The translations under genes were made by a program, and so were the position numbers. Shown one piece after another: positions 19,105 through 27,705 of a stretch of DNA of 64,000 nt (position 1 is the stretch's first letter; each line of letters opens with the position of its first letter). Source of the DNA: Patescibacteria group bacterium (GTDB lineage: Bacteria; Patescibacteriota; Minisyncoccia; Phycocordibacterales; UBA9973). The stretch covers positions 1,490-65,489 of the forward strand of contig JAZKIP010000009.1 of assembly GCA_040384805.1 (NCBI GenBank), written 5' to 3'. The notes beneath the pieces are model-generated. The model made no database searches, was not told the DNA's origin, and saw nothing but the letters and a program-made list of their open reading frames with translations.

Positions 19105-19704
19105 TTATTTTTCTGTTTTTTGTAAATTGTGTTTATGGTCCCAATTCTCCTGGTCAGACATCCATTCCCTCAGCATCTCTTCATTATTTTTATCGATGAA
19201 GCCATGGTCGATGGCGACAGAAAGAAGCTGTTCATAGTGAAGTAGGGAAATCACCATGCAAGGCTCTTTCAATTGCTCACCTTCCTCCTTACCAAACGGT
19301 ACGATACCCTTGAACATATCAACAGCCTTGGGTAAGCCGTAATTGAAGATAGACAAGCAATAGGGCACAATGCCTCTTGCATTGCGTACGGCCTGTACAG
19401 CTTTCGCGCTCGAACCTCCTGTTGAGATCAGGTCTTCAATCACGAGTACTCGTGATTTACCTAAATCCTTATTCGCGTCAATGCCCTCTATCTGGTTTCT
19501 TAAGCCATGGTCTTTGGGCTTGTCCCTGATGTAAGCCATCGGAAGTCCCATTGCATCAGCTAAAAGGATTGCGTAGGGAATTCCGGCAGTAGCAGTTCCT
19601 GCAATTGCATCAGGGTTGAAATGCTCAAAAACCTGTAGCTTTAGAATAATTTCCAGGAATCCATCGACTATCAATCGACGGTATTCGGGATACCAAAGAA
19701 ACAT
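19105..19704 (-). CDS. pyrE: orotate phosphoribosyltransferase
   Basis: PRTase PRPP-binding motif RVLVIEDLISTGGS. Confidence 0.85.
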   Translation of the reverse strand: MFLWYPEYRRLIVDGFLEIILKLQVFEHFNPDAIAGTATAGIPYAILLADAMGLPMAYIRDKPKDHGLRNQIEGIDANKDLGKSRVLVIEDLISTGGSSAKAVQAVRNARGIVPYCLSIFNYGLPKAVDMFKGIVPFGKEEGEQLKEPCMVISLLHYEQLLSVAIDHGFIDKNNEEMLREWMSDQENWDHKHNLQKTEK

Positions 19705-19966
19705 TCTATTATCGTTATATATGGGATTTAGTGTTCCTGACGCCCATAAAAAAGGCTTTGAAGGGTTGCCCCCATTTTGAGCCCGGCTAAAGCAAGCTTT
19801 TCACCGATTGCTGTGAGTTGGTTTATCATGTTTAGAGTTTTATTTTAAAAAATCAAGATTCTGTGCTTAATCCTACTGATTCGACCATTTTTGTCAAACA
19901 AAAAATCCTCCTAAAATAAGGGAGGATTTTAAATAGATACACCAGTCGTCATGGCAGTTACTTGTC

Positions 19967-20533
19967 CTATAAAAAAATACCATTCTTGTACAGCAGCTTG
20001 CCTAAGATCCAGAAATGAGTGATTTTAGGAAGTCGTGTCCCATCCTTTGCTCCTTTGTCCTTATCAGGCTTCAGATTTACAATCATCAGGTCGGCATAAT
20101 TGCCGACATCGATAGTACCTCGTCCTTCTATGTCGTGAGCGACTGCATGCGATTGTTTCGCAATTTCAATCAAAGACAGTTTTCCGCCTATCGTTTCATC
20201 GATCTCTTCGAGAACAGCCCTCAATGCCTTGCCGTTGGCTATCATCGTGAAGTAAAGTGATGCGGACAAAAGATACCTATTGGCGCCGTCAACAACTTCT
20301 GTACGGGTGATGTTTGCCGTATTTGACGGAAGAATAGCTGCTATTTTTTCGCCGCTGATTAAAACGTCCTTCCAGGATTCTCCTGTTTCTGTGATGAGTG
20401 TTATTTTTTGGAGGAGTGTAGCTCTTTGTGTTTTCAGAGATTTCACTAAAGTTTCTTTCATATACTTCGGTTTAAATTTACAATTTTTCTTTATTTTATT
20501 TTGGAAGTACGAATCTGGTAACCCTGAAGCCAT
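19967..20533 (-). CDS. amidohydrolase-superfamily composite (beta-sandwich) domain protein lacking the catalytic TIM barrel; possible dihydroorotase remnant
   Basis: N-terminal DVLISGEKIAAI...TEVVDGANRYLLSAS and C-terminal SLIEIAKQSHAVAHDIEGRGTIDVGNYADLMIVNL segments of amidohydrolases are present. No HxH barrel lies between them. Adjacent to pyrE/pyrF. Confidence 0.45.
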   Translation of the reverse strand: MASGLPDSYFQNKIKKNCKFKPKYMKETLVKSLKTQRATLLQKITLITETGESWKDVLISGEKIAAILPSNTANITRTEVVDGANRYLLSASLYFTMIANGKALRAVLEEIDETIGGKLSLIEIAKQSHAVAHDIEGRGTIDVGNYADLMIVNLKPDKDKGAKDGTRLPKITHFWILGKLLYKNGIFL

Positions 20534-20972
20534 TGCGCAGGCTATAGCCGAACCTTGTGCTGACTGTTTCTAGAGAGGGACGGAAAGCCATTATTTGAAC
20601 ATTAGGGAATTTCCATTTGAAAGGAAAAATAAAATAGCGCAGAGACCTCCTATAATGAACCATATTATGGATAGTATTAATCTTGCCTCCTGCAATGACG
20701 ATCAAGTATGGTTCGGAATAACGCAAATCATTACAGAGTTTTTGCATGAATTCTTTCCTGACTCTCTTGATTTCTTTTCCTCCATGAGGAGGAAGGTGAG
20801 CCGCAGTTATACTGTATATAGGATTAGTTTTGTCTTTTGTTTCCGAAAAGATAAAGACCCCAATACAACAGTAAAGGTTCGGTATAACCATGGGTTTCCA
20901 TTCCTCAGGCCCGAAATGCTGGGTTGTCCATCGAGCACGTTTGGTTTTTGAAAGATCTACTTTTATAGCCAT
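20496..20972 (-). CDS. hypothetical protein
   Basis: ORF upstream of the amidohydrolase-like gene with a 38-nt overlap. No recognisable motif; an alternative + strand ORF 20595..20951 is equally uninformative. Confidence 0.3.
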   Translation of the reverse strand: MAIKVDLSKTKRARWTTQHFGPEEWKPMVIPNLYCCIGVFIFSETKDKTNPIYSITAAHLPPHGGKEIKRVRKEFMQKLCNDLRYSEPYLIVIAGGKINTIHNMVHYRRSLRYFIFPFKWKFPNVQIMAFRPSLETVSTRFGYSLRNGFRVTRFVLPK

Positions 20973-21068
20973 ATATATTTGATTTTATTTTTTAAAAATA
21001 GGTTTTTCTAAACCTTACCTTATTTATTAAATATGTCAATGATCTTCTATATCTATAACCTTTATAAT

Positions 21069-21096
21069 TTGACAATCTTTTTTAATTTGCTAGTAT
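21069..21096 (+). promoter_or_regulatory. second exact copy of the TTGACA-N16-TGcTAGTAT promoter (rpsS operon)
   Basis: 21068..21099 is identical to 12710..12741. Confidence 0.7.
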
Positions 21097-21187
21097 GGAC
21101 GGACAAGGCTCTAGCGAGCTTATTTATATTGTATGACCCGCCTCCGCAAAACTACGGATGGGCAGGTGCGATATAGAAGAATTTATT

Positions 21188-21532
21188 ATGACAAGATCAC
21201 TCAAAAAAGGTCCATATGTTGATCCACGGCTGATGAAGAAAATTGCCGGCAAAAAGCCTATTCAAACAGGCCCGATCAAGACATGGTCGCGCGCATGCGT
21301 TATTCACCCTGATATGGTCGGATTCGTCTTTGCAGTCCATAATGGGAAGATTTTCATAGAAGTCCTAGTAACCGAGGACATGGTGGGTCATCGTCTCGGC
21401 GAATTCGCACAGACTCGCAAGTTCGTCCGACACGGAGGAAAGATGCAGAAAGAACTTGAGCAGAAGAAGAAAGAAGCCGAAATTACCGCCGCCAAGTCCG
21501 CCAAAGCAACAACCGATACGAAAAAGAAGTAA
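21188..21532 (+). CDS. rpsS: 30S ribosomal protein S19 (Lys-rich C-terminal extension)
   Basis: [12 protein letters not shown]... S19 signature. ORF track start 21158; internal ATG at 21188 preferred. Confidence 0.9.
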   Translation: MTRSLKKGPYVDPRLMKKIAGKKPIQTGPIKTWSRACVIHPDMVGFVFAVHNGKIFIEVLVTEDMVGHRLGEFAQTRKFVRHGGKMQKELEQKKKEAEITAAKSAKATTDTKKK

Positions 21533-21542
21533 TATTTAGATC

Positions 21543-21977
21543 ATGAAAGCATTTCTTAAAAACTACAGACAGTCTCCCCGCAAGGTTCGCCTTGTAGCAG
21601 ACTTAATAAAAGGCAAAAGGGTTGCCGACGCTTTTGTTCAATTGAAATCCCTTCCAAAGCGCGCATCAGGGCCAGTTGAGAAGCTCCTTGCAGGCGCAGT
21701 TGCCAATGCCAAGCACGCAGGTGTCTCGACCGACAATCTGATCGTTTCAAACGTGACGGTCAATAAAGGAATTGTCATGAAACGCAGCATGCCCCGCGCC
21801 CGCGGTTCTGCATCACGCATCAACAAGCGAACGAGCCATATCATGCTTACTCTTATGGAAAATTCCGAAACGAAGAGCAAAAAGAAAACGGTAAAGCCGA
21901 AGAAGGAAGTGAAGGAGACTGGAGCAGAAAAGCCAAAAACCATTAAAACAAAAGCTAAAAAACAAGAAACACAGTAA
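21543..21977 (+). CDS. rplV: 50S ribosomal protein L22 (Lys-rich C-terminal tail)
   Basis: L22 core SPRKVRLVADLIKGKRVADA... Confidence 0.9.
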   Translation: MKAFLKNYRQSPRKVRLVADLIKGKRVADAFVQLKSLPKRASGPVEKLLAGAVANAKHAGVSTDNLIVSNVTVNKGIVMKRSMPRARGSASRINKRTSHIMLTLMENSETKSKKKTVKPKKEVKETGAEKPKTIKTKAKKQETQ

Positions 21978-21982
21978 ATTAT

Positions 21983-22678
21983 ATGTCAAAAGTCGTCCAT
22001 CCATATGCACATAGATTAGTAACCCTTCGTGATTGGAAATCACGCTGGTTTGCTGACAAGAAATACAAGGATCTGCTAGAGAGCGATGTTGTTATCCGTG
22101 CGTACCTTTCTAAAAAGCTCCGCGGATTCTACGTATCCCGCATCGAGATTGAACGAAACGCTAAGACGACAAAGGTCATGATCTTTACATCACGCCCGGG
22201 AATGATCATCGGCCGATCAGGCGAAGGAGCGGCAAAGCTCAAGAGCGATCTCTTGACCCTTATGGCCAAGAAAGGCATCAAAGCTGTCGAGGATTTCAAG
22301 CTCGACATTGTCGAAGTGACCAATCCCGATGCTGACGCTGCCATTGTTGCATGCTCCATTGCCGAAGGTCTTGAGAAGCGCCTTCCATACCGCCGCGTGA
22401 TAAAACAGGCGATCGAAAAGATCATGGCAGCGCGCGGAGTCAAAGGAGCTCGTATCTATCTTGGCGGCCGTCTTGCAGGAAGCGAAATTGCCCGCAGCGA
22501 GCAGATCAAGCGCGGTTCGATCCCGCTTCAGACATTCAGAGCAGACGTTGATTTTGCCCGTGAGAAGGCTCACATGAGCTACGGCGATATTGGTATTAAG
22601 GTATGGATCTACCGGGGCGAAGTCTTTTCAGCCCAAAGTCCATCAGGATCGGGCAGGAATGATCGCAATGATAAGTAA
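21983..22678 (+). CDS. rpsC: 30S ribosomal protein S3
   Basis: KH and S3-C domains (GRSGEGAAKLKSDL..., RRVIKQAIEKIMAARGVKGARI). Confidence 0.93.
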   Translation: MSKVVHPYAHRLVTLRDWKSRWFADKKYKDLLESDVVIRAYLSKKLRGFYVSRIEIERNAKTTKVMIFTSRPGMIIGRSGEGAAKLKSDLLTLMAKKGIKAVEDFKLDIVEVTNPDADAAIVACSIAEGLEKRLPYRRVIKQAIEKIMAARGVKGARIYLGGRLAGSEIARSEQIKRGSIPLQTFRADVDFAREKAHMSYGDIGIKVWIYRGEVFSAQSPSGSGRNDRNDK

Positions 22679-22689
22679 ATTACATTTTT

Positions 22690-23106
22690 ATGTTACTACC
22701 AAAGAAAGTAAAATTTAGAAAATGGCAGACAGGACGTACGGATATGTCGAAAGTGACACCGGATACGCGCGGTATTACCCTTGCCTTCGGATCATACGGT
22801 CTCAAAGCCACATCCGGCGGACGCGTTCGCTCCAATCAGATAGAATCAGCCCGCAAGGTGACATCACGAACAATCGGCAAAACAGGCCGTATGTGGATCC
22901 GCATCTTCCCTGACCGGCCGTTTACTGCAAAGCCTGCAGAAGTAGGAATGGGAAAGGGAAAAGGAGATCCTCAAGGATACTGTCTCGATGTCCGTCCCGG
23001 CCGCATGCTTTTTGAAGTCGATGGCGTACCTGAAGCGATTGCAAAGGAAGCCCTCCGCAAGGCGGGAACAAAATTACCAGTGACGACTCGTATTGTTGCT
23101 CGATAA
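22690..23106 (+). CDS. rplP: 50S ribosomal protein L16
   Basis: L16 core (KVTSRTIGKTGRMWIRIFPDRPFTAKPAEVGMGKGKG). Confidence 0.93.
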   Translation: MLLPKKVKFRKWQTGRTDMSKVTPDTRGITLAFGSYGLKATSGGRVRSNQIESARKVTSRTIGKTGRMWIRIFPDRPFTAKPAEVGMGKGKGDPQGYCLDVRPGRMLFEVDGVPEAIAKEALRKAGTKLPVTTRIVAR

Positions 23107-23128
23107 ACCTGCCTGCCGGCAGGCAGGT
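23107..23128 (+). repeat. 22-bp perfect palindrome ACCTGCCTGCCGGCAGGCAGGT filling the rplP-rpsQ gap, where rpmC normally sits
   Basis: Exact copy also at 26544..26565; related hairpins at 27661..27677 and 61519..61537. Confidence 0.7.
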
Positions 23129-23141
23129 ATAAATAAAATCA

Positions 23142-23387
23142 ATGAATACACAAAAGACACAATCAAAGAAAGTTCTCAAAGGAGTCGTTATTTCCGACAA
23201 GATGGACAAGACTATCGTTGTCGAGGTAACGCGCTTTGTCGAGCATTCCAAATACCAGAAGCGCATCAAGAAGTCGAAGAAATACAAGGCTCACGATGAA
23301 GACAATAGCAAGAAAGTCGGCGATATCGTAGAGATCGAAGAAACACGCCCGATTTCAAAGGATAAGAAATTTAAAGTAATCGCATAA
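23142..23387 (+). CDS. rpsQ: 30S ribosomal protein S17
   Basis: [22 protein letters not shown]... S17 signature. Confidence 0.9.
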   Translation: MNTQKTQSKKVLKGVVISDKMDKTIVVEVTRFVEHSKYQKRIKKSKKYKAHDEDNSKKVGDIVEIEETRPISKDKKFKVIA

Positions 23388-23394
23388 TACATAT

Positions 23395-23766
23395 ATGATT
23401 CAAGACGGAACAATAGTAAAGATCGCGGACAACGCCGGAGGAAAGATCGGCAAGGTCTTCAAGGTGCTTGGATCATCAAAGCGCCGCTATGCCGGCATTG
23501 GCGACAGGGTCATCATCTCTGTGAAGATCGCCGAACCGCGCAAGGGTGTCAAGAAGAAGGATGTCCACCAGGCTGTCGTTGTCCGCACCGTAAAGGCATT
23601 CCGCCGCAAGGACGGATCATATATCCGCTTTGATGACAACGCTGTCGTGATCCTCGAAAAGGACAAGCAGGATCCTAAGGGCGGCCGTGTTTTCGGGCCG
23701 ATCCCGCGCGAGATGGCAGACCGCGGATATCAGAAGATCATTTCGCTTGCGCAGGAGGTAATTTAG
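23395..23766 (+). CDS. rplN: 50S ribosomal protein L14
   Basis: MIQDGTIVKIADNAGGK... L14 signature. Confidence 0.93.
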   Translation: MIQDGTIVKIADNAGGKIGKVFKVLGSSKRRYAGIGDRVIISVKIAEPRKGVKKKDVHQAVVVRTVKAFRRKDGSYIRFDDNAVVILEKDKQDPKGGRVFGPIPREMADRGYQKIISLAQEVI

Positions 23767-23770
23767 AAAA

Positions 23771-23950
23771 ATAATGAAGCGAAGCGGAATATATTTTTCT
23801 AAATCCGCCATACAAATTTATTGATTATAGTTAAGAGGTGTGATAGGGTGATATAAGTTTTATAACATACAAGGAATATTTGAAGTAATAAATAAATTTG
23901 GGGCGGATAACGATTTTTATAGTCGTTCCTCCTTAAAAATCAGTCATATG
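23771..23950 (+). repeat. 180-bp element, copy 1 (rplN-rplX spacer, ends with the rplX ATG)
   Basis: Identical to 24163..24342 on base-by-base comparison. Confidence 0.85.
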
Positions 23951-24163
23951 CATATCAAAAAAGGAGACAATGTAATAGTTATAACAGGCGACAGCAAGGG
24001 CAAGAAGGGCAAGGTCCTTCGCATGCTTCCGAAGGAAGGCAAGGTCATCGTCGAAGGCATCAACGTACGTAAGAAGACCCGCAAGTCGCGCACGAAGGGA
24101 GAAGCAAGCCAAATCATCGAGCTTGCGATGCCTATTCATGCATCAAATGTCAGGAAGGGATGA
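23948..24163 (+). CDS. rplX: 50S ribosomal protein L24
   Basis: KOW motif IKKGDNVIVITGDSKGKKGKV. Confidence 0.85.
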   Translation: MHIKKGDNVIVITGDSKGKKGKVLRMLPKEGKVIVEGINVRKKTRKSRTKGEASQIIELAMPIHASNVRKG

Positions 24164-24342
24164 TAATGAAGCGAAGCGGAATATATTTTTCTAAATCCGC
24201 CATACAAATTTATTGATTATAGTTAAGAGGTGTGATAGGGTGATATAAGTTTTATAACATACAAGGAATATTTGAAGTAATAAATAAATTTGGGGCGGAT
24301 AACGATTTTTATAGTCGTTCCTCCTTAAAAATCAGTCATATG
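24163..24342 (+). repeat. 180-bp element, copy 2 (rplX-rplE spacer, ends with the rplE ATG)
   Basis: Identical to 23771..23950. Confidence 0.85.
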
Positions 24343-24879
24343 GAAACAGTCAAACAAAAAGAAAATAAGGCACTTGGTACGCTTAAAGACAAGTACGGCT
24401 ACAAGAACAAAATGGCTGCGCCTCACTTGGTCAAAGTTGTCGTTGCGTCAGGAACAGGAAGCGGCGTCAAGCGCGACAAGGATCGCAACAAATTCGTAAC
24501 AGAGCGCCTTGCAAAGATCACCGGCCAGAAGCCTGCAGTCAGGGGAGCAAAGAAATCAATCGCGAGCTTTAAGATGCGTCAGGGCGACCCGATCGGGGTC
24601 ATGGTGACTCTCCGCGGCGCGCGCATGTACGGATTCCTCGACAAGCTTATCAATGTCGCTATTCCCCGCACAAAGGACTTCCGCGGCATCGAGCGAAAGA
24701 TCGTCGACAATATCGGCAATCTGACAATGAGCATCAAGGAGCATACGATCTTCCCGGAAACAGGCGATGAAGAGTTCAAAGATGTCTTCGGTCTTGCAAT
24801 AACGATCGTCACAACCGCAAAGAACAAACAGGAAGCAACAGACTTCTTCGAACAAATAGGAATTCCATTCAAGAAATAA
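24340..24879 (+). CDS. rplE: 50S ribosomal protein L5
   Basis: L5 core (ITGQKPAVRGAKKSIASFKMRQGDPIG...). Confidence 0.93.
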   Translation: METVKQKENKALGTLKDKYGYKNKMAAPHLVKVVVASGTGSGVKRDKDRNKFVTERLAKITGQKPAVRGAKKSIASFKMRQGDPIGVMVTLRGARMYGFLDKLINVAIPRTKDFRGIERKIVDNIGNLTMSIKEHTIFPETGDEEFKDVFGLAITIVTTAKNKQEATDFFEQIGIPFKK

Positions 24880-24890
24880 AAATTATATTA

Positions 24891-24916
24891 AAACTCCCCG
24901 AAAGGGGAGTTTTAAT
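24891..24916 (+). terminator. hairpin AAAACTCCCCG-AAA-GGGGAGTTTT inside the spc operon
   Basis: Perfect stem with a T-run, immediately followed by a promoter. Confidence 0.65.
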
Positions 24917-24923
24917 ATATTGT

Positions 24924-24952
24924 TTGACATCCAAACCTCAATCTGCTAGTAT
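24924..24952 (+). promoter_or_regulatory. promoter TTGACA-N17-TGcTAGTAT upstream of rpsN
   Basis: Consensus -35 and the shared extended -10 motif. Confidence 0.6.
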
Positions 24953-25061
24953 GAGACAAGTTCGATAGGGAGTCTGATCTGTGTTTCTCCTTAAGGTTTT
25001 AGATAAAACTTTAAGAAATAACACATGATATCACTCACCCGAAGAACGGGCATTTTTATTT

Positions 25062-25247
25062 ATGGCAAAAACATCAGTCATTGCGCGACATAAGAAGAAG
25101 TCAAAATTCAGCACGCGGGAAACAAACCGCTGTTTTCGCTGCGGCCGCGGCCACGCATACATGAGAGATTTCGGTCTCTGCCGTATCTGCTTCAGGGAGC
25201 TTGCCAATGACGGCCTGCTTCCAGGTGTTCGTAAATCAAGCTGGTAA
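25062..25247 (+). CDS. rpsN: 30S ribosomal protein S14 type Z (zinc-binding)
   Basis: 61 aa with CxxC...CxxC ([20 protein letters not shown]). Confidence 0.9.
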   Translation: MAKTSVIARHKKKSKFSTRETNRCFRCGRGHAYMRDFGLCRICFRELANDGLLPGVRKSSW

Positions 25248-25257
25248 TCAACATTAT

Positions 25258-25644
25258 ATGGATCAAATCGCAAACATGATAAATATGATCAAGAACGCGG
25301 GCGTGCGCGAGCATGAAACTATTACCGTCCCGTATTCGAAGATCAAGCACACGATTGCAGATTGTCTCGTCCGCGAGGGGTATCTCTCATCTGTCACGAA
25401 GAAAACAAAGAAAGGACAGGCTGTTCTTGAACTTGGGCTCGTATACGTCGAAGGAACTCCCAAAGTAACAGGGGCTGAGCGCGTTTCGAAGTCATCTCGC
25501 CGCATCTACAAAGGAGTCAAAGCTATCAAGCCATCGCGCAACGGATATGGGCTTACAGTCATGACGACATCAAAGGGTATTTTGACTGACAAGGAGGCAA
25601 AGAAGGAAATGGTCGGAGGAGAAGTTTTATTTAGACTCTGGTAA
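25258..25644 (+). CDS. rpsH: 30S ribosomal protein S8
   Basis: MDQIANMINMIKNA... S8 signature; internal start of ORF 25201..25644. Confidence 0.9.
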   Translation: MDQIANMINMIKNAGVREHETITVPYSKIKHTIADCLVREGYLSSVTKKTKKGQAVLELGLVYVEGTPKVTGAERVSKSSRRIYKGVKAIKPSRNGYGLTVMTTSKGILTDKEAKKEMVGGEVLFRLW

Positions 25645-25653
25645 TTATATTAT

Positions 25654-26193
25654 ATGTCACGCATAGGAAAACAAACAGTTATAGTTCCTGCCGGTACCGA
25701 AGTAAAGCTCTCCGGTGTGACTTTCTCCGTCAAAGGCCCGAAAGGCACTCTTGTTCGCGATTTCCCGGGAGATGTTGCGATCAACATCAACGGCAATGAA
25801 ATTACGTTTATCACAAAGGAGGATACGACTGACAAGAATATCAACGCTCTCTGGGGTACATACGCATCGCATGTGAAAAATATGATCACCGGCGTCAATG
25901 AGGGATTTTCCAAAAAGCTTATCCTCGAAGGAGTCGGATTCAAATCCGACGTCGCAGGCACAACTCTCAATCTTGCTCTCGGATTTTCTCATCCTGTTAA
26001 AGTGGCGATTCCTACCGGACTGACTGTGACTGCCGACAAGAACAATATTACGGTTACAGGGACTGACAAGGAACTTGTCGGATCGTTTACCGCATCAATC
26101 CGCTCCATGAAGAAACCTGAACCATACAAGGGCAAGGGATTCCGATACAGCGATGAAGTTATCCGCCGCAAGCAGGGCAAGAAAGCTGCATAA
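25654..26193 (+). CDS. rplF: 50S ribosomal protein L6
   Basis: MSRIGKQTVIVPAGTEVK... L6 signature. Confidence 0.93.
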   Translation: MSRIGKQTVIVPAGTEVKLSGVTFSVKGPKGTLVRDFPGDVAININGNEITFITKEDTTDKNINALWGTYASHVKNMITGVNEGFSKKLILEGVGFKSDVAGTTLNLALGFSHPVKVAIPTGLTVTADKNNITVTGTDKELVGSFTASIRSMKKPEPYKGKGFRYSDEVIRRKQGKKAA

Positions 26194-26202
26194 TATTTAT
26201 AT

Positions 26203-26544
26203 ATGAACAAGAAACTGGAAAAAAGAATACGTTTAAAGAAAAAGATCCGCACCAAAGTAAACGGAACTCTCGGTATTCCGCGTCTCTCGGTATTTCGTTC
26301 AAACAGCTATGTCTATGCGCAAGTCATCGATGATACGACAGGAACAACTCTCGTGTCTGCGTCGGATATGAAGGCGAAAGACGGTTCAAAAACAGACCGA
26401 TCAAAGACTGTGGGAATGGATGTTGCTAAAGCGTCACTTGCAAAAGGAATCAAGAAAGTTGTTTTTGACCGTAATGGATTTAAGTATACCGGTCGGGTGA
26501 AAGCATTGGCGGATGCAGCCCGTGAAGGAGGTCTAGAGTTTTAA
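26203..26544 (+). CDS. rplR: 50S ribosomal protein L18
   Basis: L18 core ([17 protein letters not shown]...). Confidence 0.9.
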   Translation: MNKKLEKRIRLKKKIRTKVNGTLGIPRLSVFRSNSYVYAQVIDDTTGTTLVSASDMKAKDGSKTDRSKTVGMDVAKASLAKGIKKVVFDRNGFKYTGRVKALADAAREGGLEF

Positions 26545-26565
26545 CCTGCCTGCCGGCAGGCAGGT
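26544..26565 (+). repeat. second exact copy of palindrome ACCTGCCTGCCGGCAGGCAGGT (rplR-rpsE spacer)
   Basis: Overlaps the last base of the rplR stop codon. Confidence 0.7.
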
Positions 26566-26577
26566 ACATACAATATT

Positions 26578-27189
26578 ATGGATACACCAAAACCAAAACA
26601 GAATACGACACCGACACGAGGGAGCAATGACCGCGGAGGGCGTCGCGAAGGAGGAGATCGGAGGCCTCGCGCGACATTCGAGCGGCCGAAGCCCGAGTTC
26701 GACCAGAAGATGGTTTCTATCCGCCGTGTTACCCGCGTTGTTGCCGGAGGCCGCCGCATGACATTCGCAGTCGCCATTGCGATCGGTGATAAGAAAGGAT
26801 CTGTCGGATTGGGAACAGGAAAGGGAGGCGATACAGCGATTGCGATCGCTAAAGCGCTTCGTCAGGCAAAGAAAAATATGTTCAAGATAAAAACGACGAA
26901 AGAATTCTCGATCACTCATCCAGTATCCGCGAAATTTTCAAGCTCAAAACTCTCACTTATGCCGAACCGCGGCAAGGGTATGGTTGCAGGAAGTACAGTT
27001 CGCGACATGCTTACTCTCGCGGGACTCAAGAATATTACGGCAAAACTTCATTCAGGAAGCAAGAACAAGCTTAACAACGCTCGCGTTGCATATGCGGCAC
27101 TCTATGAGCTTCGCTCAAAAGCAACTCTTCCGAAAATTCCGGCGGTTGTGACTGAAGCAATAGCAGAAGAGAAGAAAGAGGCTAAATAA
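26578..27189 (+). CDS. rpsE: 30S ribosomal protein S5 (Arg/Gly-rich N-terminal extension)
   Basis: S5 dsRBD and C-domain (RRVTRVVAGGRRMTFAVAIAIGDKKGSVGLGTGKG). Confidence 0.93.
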   Translation: MDTPKPKQNTTPTRGSNDRGGRREGGDRRPRATFERPKPEFDQKMVSIRRVTRVVAGGRRMTFAVAIAIGDKKGSVGLGTGKGGDTAIAIAKALRQAKKNMFKIKTTKEFSITHPVSAKFSSSKLSLMPNRGKGMVAGSTVRDMLTLAGLKNITAKLHSGSKNKLNNARVAYAALYELRSKATLPKIPAVVTEAIAEEKKEAK

Positions 27190-27198
27190 ATATATTTT

Positions 27199-27630
27199 AT
27201 GCAATTAAACAATTTACAAAGGAAACATCCTAATAAAAAAGCTACACAGGTCGGTCGCGGCGGAACTCGCGGCAAGACATCAGGCCGTGGCGGCAAGGGG
27301 CAAACTGCCCGCGCCGGAAACAAGCGCCGCCCTCAAATGCGTGATATCATAAAGAAGCTTCCTAAACTGCGTGGATACCGGTTCAAGTCGCCGAATAAGA
27401 AGATCGTTGTGATCAATGTCTCGTCTCTTAATGTATTTGCTGCAGGAGACAAGATTACCCCGGAAATTGTCTTTGAAAAGGGTCTTATCCGAAGAATAGG
27501 CGGCGTATATCCGGCTGTAAAGATATTAGGTTCAGGCGATCTTGCCGTAAAACTCGACGTCATCGGTTTTGAAGTATCCGAGAGCGCTAAAGCCAAGATT
27601 GAAAAAGCTGGCGGCAGTATTGGAAAGTAA
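27199..27630 (+). CDS. rplO: 50S ribosomal protein L15
   Basis: GRGGTRGKTSGRGGKGQ... L15 signature. It follows rpsE after 9 nt, so no rpmD (L30) gene is present. Confidence 0.9.
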   Translation: MQLNNLQRKHPNKKATQVGRGGTRGKTSGRGGKGQTARAGNKRRPQMRDIIKKLPKLRGYRFKSPNKKIVVINVSSLNVFAAGDKITPEIVFEKGLIRRIGGVYPAVKILGSGDLAVKLDVIGFEVSESAKAKIEKAGGSIGK

Positions 27631-27660
27631 GGAATAGAATCCCGTTAGAAGCCAAGCCTT

Positions 27661-27677
27661 GCCTGCAGTAGGCAGGC
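27661..27677 (+). other. hairpin GCCTGC-AGTAG-GCAGGC in the rplO-secY spacer
   Basis: Same CCTGC/GCAGG arms as the 22-bp palindromes. Confidence 0.45.
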
Positions 27678-27705
27678 GCGATTGCAATTTAAATACTGAA
27701 ATAAT

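Noticed and set aside
19967-20972. Single frameshifted gene joining ORFs 20496..20972 and 19967..20533
   Set aside because: The amidohydrolase N-terminal strands begin inside the downstream ORF. An extra 158 upstream residues would not fit the fold, so the two ORFs are treated separately.
23771-24342. Possible CRISPR array (identical repeats)
   Set aside because: Only two copies, each 180 bp. The spacer is a conserved ribosomal protein gene. No cas genes.
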